Notes under the pieces: generated by a model
What the model was told of the DNA's origin: nothing
Databases searched by the model: none
The model's input: the letters and a program-made list of their open reading frames with translations, nothing else
Origin: Octopus bimaculoides
Taxonomy: Eukaryota
Direction of reading: 5' to 3'
Assembly: GCF_001194135.2 (NCBI RefSeq)
Contig: NC_068999.1
Coordinates: forward strand, 51,399,038 to 51,437,297
DNA length: 38,260 nucleotides
Shown here: positions 11,617 through 22,431 of the stretch, piece after piece
Layout of the letters: each line of letters begins with the position of its first letter
Numbering within the stretch: position 1 is the first letter of the stretch
Translations under genes and position numbers: made by a program

Positions 11617-12192
11617 ACGTATGTATATANNNNNNNNNNATACTGAGAATATTATACAACCATAATTAATGTGTGGATCCATGACGTCTATGCGTATTTA
11701 TGAATATATATACATACATAGGAATGGATGCGTGATTATCTATGCGCTCCTGTATTATATAATCATTCATATTCATAGAAAATCATTTACATTCTTTCTA
11801 CGGTATCTTCATTCAATTAACTACCTTCCTATTGAATCTTACATTTTACTTGTTGCTTCTTTTTTTTTATATATATATTTTCTTTCCGTATTATTATTTT
11901 GGGGTTTTGTTTTACTGTAATCAGTCGCTTTCTAGTTTGGGATCTGGATTGCGTTTGTTAAAATGATGTTCATAGATCATAAAGTACGCATGGAATCAAT
12001 GAACGTTACGATCTTTGAGTGGATTAGTAATTCCTCCTATTGAACAGAGACCGTGGATGCTTCAGAGTTCTGCCGAAATGATGTATAAATAAATGTATCG
12101 TTACGTAGAGAACAAAGGAAAGGAAAAAGGTAAAGGAAATACATAAGTCTATATATGAGTGCTTGTATACATGAGCATATATGAATATATAT

Positions 12193-12245
<53 letters not shown>

Positions 12246-12865
12246 NNNNNNNNNNNNNNNNNNNNNNNNNNNNNNNNNNNNNNNNNNNNNNNNNNNNNNN
12301 NNNNNNNNNNNNNNNNNNNNNNNNNNNNNNNNNNNNNNNNNNNNNNNNNNNNNNNNNNNNNNNNNNNNNNNNNNNNNNNNNNNNNNNNNNNNNNNNNNNN
12401 NNNNNNNNNNNNNNNNNNNNNNNNNNNNNNNNNNNNNNNNNNNNNNNNNNNNNNNNNNNNNNNNNNNNNNNNNNNNNNNNNNNNNNNNNNNNNNNNNNNN
12501 NNNNNNNNNNNNNNNNNNNNNNNNNNNNNNNNNNNNNNNNNNNNNNNNNNNNNNNNNNNNNNNNNNNNNNNNNNNNNNNNNNNNNNNNNNNNNNNNNNNN
12601 NNNNNNNNNNNNNNNNNNNNNNNNNNNNNNNNNNNNNNNNNNNNNNNNNNNNNNNNNNNNNNNNNNNNNNNNNNNNNNNNNNNNNNNNNNNNNNNNNNNN
12701 NNNNNNNNNNNNNNNNNNNNNNNNNNNNNNNNNNNNNNNNNNNNNNNNNNNNNNNNNNNNNNNNNNNNNNNNNNNNNNNNNNNNNNNNNNNNNNNNNNNN
12801 NNNNNNNNNNNNNNNNNNNNNNNNNNNNNNNNNNNNNNNNNNNNNNNNNNNNNNNNNNNNNNNNN

Positions 12866-12901
<36 letters not shown>

Positions 12902-13379
12902 GCAGACATGAACAGATATAATGTTCTAGCTATGATTAAATAAACAGTTTAGATAGCATGACTTATCTCTAAACCAATAAAGAGCTCGCTGAGGATTTTT
13001 GATTAAAGTTAACAACACTGAAATATGCATTAACCATTACAGCTAGCTTAGCTGAATAAACCGAACGAACAATGACATTCACATTGCTCTCGATGTATAT
13101 TAATCGACATTTTGAAGAAGTCAGCAATGGCTTTATGTATATATATATTCGTGTGTTTGTACGTGTGTTGGTGAATCTACTGTTGACTCAATAATCTGTT
13201 TGCAAATATGTCTCCGATAGGATTTCTGCTATACTGAGTCTATATATACAAGATTGTGTACGTGCGTGATTGCGCAATCTTCGTTATACATTTCTGTATG
13301 AGTATTTTTAGTATACTACTATACACACAAACAGACACACACATAGATATGTGTGTGTACATATTCTCAGGCAGATAAT

Positions 13380-13620
<241 letters not shown>

Positions 13621-13847
13621 CGTTTATAATTTATTGAAACAGTTCCCTAAGTCGTTTGTTTTTGAGGGAATTTATACATTTATTTCAGTTAATCTATGAT
13701 AAAACGATACTAATACTTCAGATGTTTTTGGATGAAAAACTGTTAAGACCGTAAAGCAAGCGGTCGCTTACTTCAACGCACGAACACAAACATATATACA
13801 CAGCTACACACACACACACAAACATACACACACACACNNNNNNNNNN

Positions 13848-13883
<36 letters not shown>

Positions 13884-14409
13884 TATTTAAATATGTCTGT
13901 GTATTTGTGGACGTATGCACGTATTCACACACACACATACACATTTCTCTATCTATACATATATATCGATAGATAGATAGATAGATAGATATATAGATAC
14001 GTACCTGTATGTGTGTGTGTGTTTGCGTTCACGCTTGTGTATTCTTTGTATAGTTTTATTAGTGCAGTCAGATCGCAAGAATTGTTTACTTGATATGAAT
14101 TGTATTTGAGAAATTCTCCTAACAATTCATCACTTAGGCTAGAACTTAATGAAATAATTTATATATAAGAGCGCTTGGCTTACACCTAACTAATCAATAA
14201 TATCAGTCTCTGTTTAGATGTGAGTCTAAACGGTCAAATGTTAGAAGAATTCAGAGGTAAAATCAGCTACAAATGTTGTTATTTCTGAAAATGTACATAT
14301 ACATATATATAGATAGATAGATAATGAAACAGACAGACAGATACGCAGACACGCGGACAGGAAGACAGGCAGGCAGGCAGACAGAACGATAGATNNNNNN
14401 NNNNAGAAC

Positions 14410-14489
<80 letters not shown>

Positions 14490-14517
14490 TGTGTGTGTAT
14501 GAATATATATATATATA

Positions 14518-14636
14518 CGACAGTCTTCCTTCAGTTTCCATCTACCAAATCCACTCAGAAGGCTTTGGTCCGCCTGAAGCTACAGTAGAAGACACTTACC
14601 CAAGGTGCCACGCACTGGGATTGAACTTGGAATCCT
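14518..14636 (-). mobile_element. SINE family A, core fragment
   Basis: CTTCAGTTTCCATCTACCAAATCCACTCAGAAGGCTTTGG...GAAGACACTTACCCAAGGTGCCACGCACTGGGATTGAAC. Confidence 0.9.
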
Positions 14637-14840
14637 GTGAGTAAGGCGTTTGCTTCCCAACAACATGTTTCCAGTTCTGTCCCACTGCGTAGCACCTTGG
14701 GCAAGTGTCTTCTACTATAGCTTCGGACCACCAAAGCCTTGTGAATGGACTTGGTAGATGGAAACTGAAAGAAGCCACTCGTATATATGTATGTTTACGT
14801 GTGTGTGTGTCTGTGTCTGTCGTCCCGCCATCGCTTGAAA
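14637..14840 (+). mobile_element. SINE family A, 5' two-thirds
   Basis: CCCACTGCGTAGCACCTTGGGCAAGTGTCTTCTACTATAGC...GGTAGATGGAAACTGAAAGAAGCC; contains the CCTTGGGCAAG motif typical of CORE-SINEs. Confidence 0.9.
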
Positions 14841-15469
14841 GAATCCACTACATAGATTGTGTATTTGACTCTGGCTCAAATAAATGAAGTCAATACTTAT
14901 CCTGGGTTAGAAAACTTTCAAGGAAACCAGATAAATCTACTTGAAACAAAGTCTGATTCTCTCATGATGTAACCAACAGGATGCGATTTTGATGAGATGT
15001 CAGATGATGTGGCTCTCACCAAGCGGAATCCTTCGACATGCCGATCTTATTGTGAACAATATTCTCAGCTCTCTCACGGCAGATGCAAATAGCATTAGCT
15101 ATTTGATTTATAGTCAATCGCCTGATGTCCATCTCCATGTGGTAAAGACGCTCGTTGTTTTCCTCGTTGGCGGCAGTTGCAGGACGTCCAGACTTGGGTC
15201 ATCTTCAAGACTTTCCCATCTCCTCCTAAATTCCTCTTCCCACTTTTGCAGTGTTGCTGAATCTGGATCGTCACCCTCCGATGCAGCGACCATGTAAGCG
15301 TGAGTGTTCTTTTTTCTGCAGGTACTTAATAATACCAAGAGGTCAAACTTTGTCTAATTTCAAGAGAAATCGCTATTAGTTACATTTGAAGTCTCCTTTG
15401 AACAGTCATATGTCTGTTTAGCTGGAAAGAAATAATGAGAAGAGTTGAAATTAATGCATGCTAGATCTC
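14840..15469 (-). pseudogene. Decayed mariner (DD34D, Mos1/SETMAR-like) transposase, N-terminal half
   Basis: Joining frames gives GIIKYLQKK..HAYMVAASEGDDPDSATLQKWEEEFRRRWESLEDDP/SGRPATAANEENNERLYHMEMDIRRLTINQIANAI..MSKDSAW*EPHHL..FLTQDKY*LHLFEPESNTQSM*W. This covers the HTH, the WVPHEL-like motif and the first catalytic Asp (TxDE-like), with several stops and frameshifts. Confidence 0.92.
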
Positions 15470-15616
15470 NNNNNNNNNNNNNNNNNNNNNNNNNNNNNNN
15501 NNNNNNNNNNNNNNNNNNNNNNNNNNNNNNNNNNNNNNNNNNNNNNNNNNNNNNNNNNNNNNNNNNNNNNNNNNNNNNNNNNNNNNNNNNNNNNNNNNNN
15601 NNNNNNNNNNNNNNNN

Positions 15617-15657
<41 letters not shown>

Positions 15658-15686
15658 GTATATATATTATATACGTGTGTGTGTGT

Positions 15687-15846
15687 ACGACGGACTTCAA
15701 TAAATTTCCTTCTACCAAATCTACTTACAAGTATTTAGTCCGTCCCGGGCTATAGCAGAAGACACTTGCCCAAGGTGCAACGCAGTGGGACGGAACCCTA
15801 AACCTTGTGGTTGGTATGCAAGCTGCTTTCCACACAGCGATGCCTG
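15687..15846 (-). mobile_element. SINE family A, 5' half
   Basis: GCTATAGCAGAAGACACTTGCCCAAGGTGCAACGCAGTGGGACGGAACCC...CCACACAGCGATGCCTG. Confidence 0.88.
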
Positions 15847-18554
15847 ATCAGCCAGAAATATAGCAGAACAAGTCTCCAAGACTAACAATCGATTCGATTA
15901 TTTTATAGTGTTTCTACAGCTTACACAGATGATATTTTCATGAAAAGAGAAACGTATAACTTATTATTTTGGGGCGAACTGTGACAACAATATTGAAAAT
16001 TCTACATGACAACGACAAGGCTTTTTTGGTAACATAACATGAACCGTCGATTCGTCACTTGGTTGAAACAAACAGATTCACTCAAAGAACAGTGCCTATT
16101 AATTGGTTCTAACGTTTCGCATTATTTCTTTCTTCTTGAAGTTTCTCATTGAGTTCTTGGAATTCTATAGAGAGTGTATAGATTAACATTCTCTTGTCTT
16201 AGTTTGAGAGAAAGAAATCTTCCGATTTTTATATCGAAGTTTTTGTATTTAATTACAGATGGCCGTTTATAATAACAAGTATTATTTGCAATTAATTTTG
16301 GCTTTGTCAACTAGCTTTTAATACGATCTTTTATGCTCGACCATATATTCATAGTGAATACGTATCTATGAAATAAAACAAGATAAAAAATGAAGCTTTA
16401 AAACGTATAACAAAAACATAAATGTAATAAAATATGGTGGGGAGCAAAAAAGAAGATGGTACACAGGGTTGTTTCGATTATCATGATTCCGATATTATAT
16501 TGGAATTTGGGGGAAATCTTGCCAAAACTTCAAAAGCCCTCATTAAAATAAGGAAAAGTGTTTATTAATGATCCTCTAATATAAACGCCAAACAAGCTTA
16601 ATAAATCACACAGCATCAATAAACATCGAGTTGCTAGTTTTCAAACGCGTATTTTACTTTCGCTTTTACATCACAAGACAAAAGAAAAGAAACAAATTTT
16701 ATATTGCAAGAAATTTCATGTTTATTTGTGTTGTTAATTTGGCAGTTTGCATTAGAAGAATCTGCTAGTATGTAGATAGGATCATTCATTAATTTAAATT
16801 TATAGGTTCTATAAATTAACAAGAAAATTTAAAAAGTTTGTAAGATGAGAGAGACAGAGAGGAAGGGAGAGAGGAAGGGAAAAAGAGAGAGTGAAGTGTT
16901 ATTGTCAAATATTCTTTCTTCACAGATATAGTTTCAATTCCCTGTCTGAATTACTTTGCATAGGGGAAAACTATTTGACACCAAGGATATATTGGAACTG
17001 TAAGAATAGGTGAAAGTAAAAAATAGTATGCATTTATGAAAGTGTATATATGAAAGCATATATGTCTTAAGTCCACTTGTAACCAAGTAAGACCACTTCT
17101 TAAACTCATTTCATTCCAAGAAACACTTCACTTTTCGTTATATGGAATGGCCACCGAAAAGGCATAAAGTATTAATGAAGGTGCAAGAACTGTTGTCATT
17201 AAGATAGAAACGGCAACGAGAAAGAAGTAGGCGAACAAAAAAGAAACGCTTGTTGTTCAAAATTTGCTCATTTGATTGAGAAGAGAGTATTGATAAAGTA
17301 AAAGAATTTGCTGTTACGTTTAACAGGGAGAAACTCAATTGAATAAAGTATGTGAATGTAATGTGTTTGAGAGGTTAAAGGGGACTGCGAAACGAGAATA
17401 GCTGAGAGAGAATATGATTGTTCGTAATAATAAATGGCAATAAAATCCCTATAAGTTAAAACTAGTGAATATACCATTCATCTATAGCAAAAGCGTGTAA
17501 ATATGTTTCATTAATCGGTTGAATTCTTCATAGCTTTGAAGAAATTCACAAAGAAGATGTCTATATTGTGTTTATTAGCTGAGAGTAATGCAGAAGAAAA
17601 GTGAAAAAGAAAGAAAGTGTAGCTATAAACGATGGAGACTGGGAATGGAGTAGATTAATGTGTGAATTTAAATCCGTTAGATTTCATATTGAAACAGAGG
17701 CTAAAGGAAATGGATTAGTTATAGATTTGAATTTAAAGAGAATATGAACGGTATAGCTTGAATGATACAGTAGGTAAATTATAGTAATATTTCAACCATT
17801 AATATTTCTCAACGTTAGAAATGTGAATAAATTTCGAAAGTTTAGTGTAAATTTAAATCCATGAATAAGTATTACTGTGTGTAATGGTGGATAAATTCAG
17901 TGTAGCTCTAGATTATAAAGGCGAGGTAAAGCAATAAAAAAAGGTGCAAATTACATGAGATGTGTAAAGACTCTTTAGATGCACTTACAACATTATTAAA
18001 TTTGTTCAGCCTACCGTAGCTTTGGGGTTAAAGAAAACAAATTAAGATAAATAGCCGTAAAGCGGTGTTTGTTAAACTAAAGACAGGAAAGAAAATTCGA
18101 GATGTGAGAAAGGTATTATTAAATTCAGTTGCCTTAACTTAGTTTGGTCTAGAAAATAATCCAGATTGGGATAAATGACTATATAATATTTCACATGAAA
18201 CAAGATATTAAAATTCATCCGCAGTAATGAAAAATTACATAGCAAACAAATCTTTAGATGTTAACAGAATAATGTTTTAAATTGCTTATCTTCCCTGATT
18301 TGGTTGAGAGAGAAAAACAACCAAATTAACAAAACTGAGCGTGTAAAAATAAACGAGTAATCGTCTAACTAGAAGCAGGAAAGAAACTTATAGATGTCTG
18401 AAGATTAAATTTGTTTAGTGTTTTGGTGTTAAAATAATGTATTAAGGTAGATAGATAGATAGATAGATAGATAGGTACATACATACATACATACATAAGT
18501 CGACAGACAAACAGACAGACAGGCAGATAGATAGATAGATAATTTTCTAATATT

Positions 18555-18845
18555 TGCACAAGGCCTGGAATTTGGAGAGGAGGGAGGCAGATCACCTCGA
18601 GCTTAGTATTTTACTGGTCCATGTCTCCGATACAACGAAAGCAAAGCTGACCTCGGCAGGATTTGAACTCAAAAGGAGATAGAACTGTGACTAAGCACTT
18701 TGCCCGACGCGCTAACGATCTTCACCGATTTTGATTTCAAAACTTTAGCAAGAGGCCAGCAATTTTGTGGGGAAGGGAGAAGTTAATTACATCGACCCCA
18801 ATGCTTAGCTGGTATATCATTTTATCGATCTCAGCTTTTCTCCAT
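18555..18845 (-). mobile_element. Two adjacent SINE family B fragments
   Basis: GCACAAGGCCTGGAATTT...GCAAAGCTGACCTCGGCAGGATTTGAACTCAAA...GCTAACGATC, then GGCCAGCAATTTTGTGGGG...ACATCGACCCCAATG...TTTTATCGATCTC. Confidence 0.8.
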
Positions 18846-19410
18846 CATCATAAGAAAAAAAAACTTTGTATCGTGTCAAAGTTAATCATATGTAGCATTT
18901 GGATAATATTTGCCTGTGCTTGTTGTTTTTGTTATGTTGTACTGATCAAGTTTACTTTTCATTATTTTGTTATTGCTTTGTATTATTTTTATGGTTTTTA
19001 TTGTTTTCTTCTTTCTTCGGAGAATATTTAGAATTTATAACTTTACAACTTAGGAAACTGTGAACTCAAATTGATTAATCACGTTTTTCTAATGTATTTA
19101 GTTTATTTAATAAATAAACAGGAAGTTGACATTAATTACCGACATAGTTATGGTTATCAGTGAAAGATTAGAAAAAAAAACATTAAACTTTTAACAAGTG
19201 TTGGAAAGGTGATTTTTCTTCTCATCAGCCAAGTCTATTTTCCATTACAGTAAAATAGATTTCCTTCGCATGTTTTTCTCATAATATCAATACATATTTT
19301 ATATACTCGGCCACTACGTCTTAAATCACCTTAAGTGTCATGAAATAAAGGTAGTCGAATCAAGGACGTTGTATCGAACTGCAGCCAATTTATATATTCG
19401 GTTAGGTCGA

Positions 19411-19572
19411 GGCAGGGCTGTGTAGTTAAGGAGCTCTCTTTGCACCCACCTGGCTTCCTGTTTAGTTCCACTTTGTGGCACCTCGGCCGAGTGTTTTTTA
19501 CTATAACCCCGGACCGACTAATGCGTTGTGAGTAAATTTTATAGACAGAAAATGCGTGAAAGCCCGTTGCAT
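19411..19572 (+). mobile_element. SINE family A, degenerate 5' half
   Basis: GGCAGGGCTGTGTAGTTAAG...GTGGCACCTCGGCCGAGTGTTTTTTACTATAACCCCGGACCGACTAATGCGTTGTGAG; ends at a gap. Confidence 0.75.
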
Positions 19573-20029
19573 NNNNNNNNNNNNNNNNNNNNNNNNNNNN
19601 NNNNNNNNNNNNNNNNNNNNNNNNNNNNNNNNNNNNNNNNNNNNNNNNNNNNNNNNNNNNNNNNNNNNNNNNNNNNNNNNNNNNNNNNNNNNNNNNNNNN
19701 NNNNNNNNNNNNNNNNNNNNNNNNNNNNNNNNNNNNNNNNNNNNNNNNNNNNNNNNNNNNNNNNNNNNNNNNNNNNNNNNNNNNNNNNNNNNNNNNNNNN
19801 NNNNNNNNNNNNNNNNNNNNNNNNNNNNNNNNNNNNNNNNNNNNNNNNNNNNNNNNNNNNNNNNNNNNNNNNNNNNNNNNNNNNNNNNNNNNNNNNNNNN
19901 NNNNNNNNNNNNNNNNNNNNNNNNNNNNNNNNNNNNNNNNNNNNNNNNNNNNNNNNNNNNNNNNNNNNNNNNNNNNNNNNNNNNNNNNNNNNNNNNNNNN
20001 NNNNNNNNNNNNNNNNNNNNNNNNNNNNN

Positions 20030-20063
<34 letters not shown>

Positions 20064-20319
20064 GCGCGCACACATATATATACACACGCACATTCACACA
20101 TACATATATATATAAAACGAAGCCGTGCGAACCGAAACTTGGAAGTCACTGCCAAATATTTTCTTGTAAATGTTTAATGAACGTGTTCTCTACTAAAATA
20201 TGTATTGATTAATCCTTCAGATCAAAGTTAATTGTCTGTATATACCTTCACATAAAACAAACATTAATGTAAGAGTAGACGTGAAGGTGTGTTTGTGCGT
20301 GTGAGAGCATATACATACA

Positions 20320-20355
<36 letters not shown>

Positions 20356-21216
20356 CAGAGAGAGAAAGAGAGAGAAGAGATTTCAGATGCGTTTGCTTCA
20401 ATGGTGCATGTATTTATATTTAATCCTCTTTCATGTTTTTACTGTCTCTATATAATGCGCATGCTGCGAAGAATTTTTAAGTTAAAATTTTCTCATTGTA
20501 TAACGAAGCATTTTATGTTCTTTTTTTCTTAGAAGAAATTAGTGATTTACTATGTAGTATTTGACAGTAAACTTAACCAGCCAGCTTAAATACACTGTGA
20601 TATTAACATATGTTTAAGAATTCAAAATCACAATCACATACGTACACATATTTTATTTTTTATTTCATTGTCGATCAAATTAAATATCAGCGAAATGGCG
20701 GATTGGATTAAATACTGCGAAACATATACCATATGTGAATTTGACAAATTTAAACTACTAGTTATTGTTGATTAATTTTAAGCTGGTACATTTTACATGT
20801 ATAGTAAATTGTTATTGCCACTGTTTTGCAGTACTTGCTCTACAGAATTCCAAACTTCCAATTTTGGGGTGGGTTTTTTTTTTTACGTCCAGTTTTGATT
20901 TTAACCATTTATGATTTGCTACTATTGTATTGCTCCTGTTCGTGAGCAGTATGTTGTTTGCGAGAATATTGGAAACGTATATTATTTTTCAACTATAAAA
21001 AATATTGTATTCAAATTGGTTGTGTATTAGCATGCTTTTTTAATATATATATTTTTTTAATCCTTTATATTACTTTCACGTCATAAACATATTTACATAA
21101 AATAAAAATACTTCGGTTTTACATGGTTATATTCAAATATAACGAGTATGTGCGTGTTTGTATGCGCGTGTACGTGTATATGTATGTGTATGTATTATAT
21201 TTCATATAATACATAC

Positions 21217-21248
<32 letters not shown>

Positions 21249-21424
21249 ATAGGTGTATATAAACTAGCATTTGCTTGTTTTTTTATAAGCGTAGAAAATG
21301 TGCATTGTACGATATATATAAGATGGTAATTTTTTCGAACGCAAAAATGCCGTTAGAAAAGCGATTTTTAAATACACATTTCGACGCGTATATAAAAAAA
21401 AAAAAAGTCACTTTCTTTATATAT

Positions 21425-21647
21425 ACGTAGTGGTTCATTTAGCTTTATAGTGTCTCAATTTGCCCGACATCAGAAATACCAGGTAAATAACTCTTACAGA
21501 GCGGAAATGCTTGTTAACAGTCAGCCATGGGATTCGACCCCACGTCCATCAAAGACTCCGGTTGAGTGCGTTACCATCAAGCTAAACGGCCCACTGACAA
21601 ACTGAAGTACAAATTTAGTTGCTATAAAGCTAAATGCTCAACTATGT
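21425..21647. mobile_element. MITE-like element with ~37 bp imperfect terminal inverted repeats
   Basis: CATTTAGCTTTATAG (21436-21450) and its exact reverse complement CTATAAAGCTAAATG (21622-21636), with imperfect pairing extending both ways (AATTTG/CAAATT inward, TAGT/ACTA outward); embedded in TA-rich flanks; non-coding. Confidence 0.6.
21520..21598 (-). ncRNA. tRNA-like sequence (A- and B-box cassette; tRNA pseudogene or SINE head), not a canonical tRNA
   Basis: Minus strand GGGCCGTTTAGCTTGATGGTAACGCACTCAACCGGAGTCTTTGATGGACGTGGGGTCGAATCCCATGGCTGAC: A-box-like TAGCTTGATGG, B-box-like GGGTCGAATCC and T-stem GTGGG/CCCAT. Anticodon loop and acceptor stem are non-canonical. Confidence 0.6.
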
Positions 21648-21714
21648 GTATATAAAGATAAAGAAACTGGCATTTATTTTTTTTTNNNNNNNNNNAAATA
21701 TTGCCGTTCTAACG

Positions 21715-22075
21715 ACGTTTCTGTATGGCATCTTGGGCAAGTGTCTTTTACTATAGCCTCGGGCCAACCAAAGCCTCGTGAGTGGATTTGGTAGACGGAA
21801 ACTGACAGAATCCCGTCGTATATATTTATATATATGTATGTGTGTGTGTATGTTTGTATGTCTACCTGTGTTTGCCCCCGCCAACATCGCTTGACAACCG
21901 ATGCTGGTGTGTTTACGTCTCTGTAACTTAGCGGTTCGGCAAAAGAGACCGATAGAATAAGTACTAGGCTTACAAAGAATAAGTTCTGGGTTCGATTTGT
22001 TCGACTAAAGGCGGTGCTCCAGCATGGCCGCAGTGAAATGACTGAAACAACTAAAATAGTAAAAAGAGTAAAAAT
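21715..22075 (+). mobile_element. SINE family A, nearly complete, low divergence (head missing)
   Basis: GGCATCTTGGGCAAGTGTC...GGATTTGGTAGACGGAAACTG, internal (TA/TG)n, CTTAGCGGTTCGGCAAAAGAGACCGATAG...GGTGCTCCAGCATGGCCGCAG...AAAAGAGTAAAA tail. Confidence 0.93.
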
Positions 22076-22094
22076 ACACACACACTCACAACAC

Positions 22095-22320
22095 AAAACC
22101 ACCTACATTACTTTCCATACTTCATTGGATGGCCGTTAACTCTTCTGAGGTTTTCCGCCCTTTGACGGGTCTTGTTTTTATCCTGCAGGGCGTCCAACAG
22201 TCACCCTCCTCACCAAGTAAGCTTGGTGGGGTTGCCTGCTTCGTCGCCGCCGACCGGACCATGCAGCAGGCTGTACTGGGTTACATGTTACTACCAGTAG
22301 CACATAAGAGCGACCTGACC
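22095..22320 (-). mobile_element. GC-rich interspersed-repeat fragment, possibly the 5' UTR of an RTE-like LINE
   Basis: Abrupt GC-rich island; minus strand ...GGCAACCCCACCAAGCTTACTTGGTGAGGAGGGTGACTGTTGGACGCCCTGCAGGATAAAAACAAGACCCGTCAAAGGGCGG... Assignment from recall only. Confidence 0.4.
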
Positions 22321-22367
22321 TACATACATACATATACACATATATAATATATATACATATATACATA

Positions 22368-22431
<64 letters not shown>

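Noticed and set aside
12037-12943. ORFs of 246-290 aa spanning a gap (same for those at 1374, 8809, 9984, 19331, 23476, 28790 and 29974)
   Set aside because: They are open only because N codons are not stops; the flanks are (AT)n giving YIYI repeats.
15114-15338. 74 aa ORF that looks like a small host protein, and a plus-strand TTTTTCTGCAG|GT splice-like site
   Set aside because: Both are explained as part of the frameshifted mariner transposase.
21520-21598. Functional tRNA gene
   Set aside because: The acceptor stem and anticodon loop do not fit a canonical cloverleaf and the T-loop begins GTC; kept only as tRNA-like.
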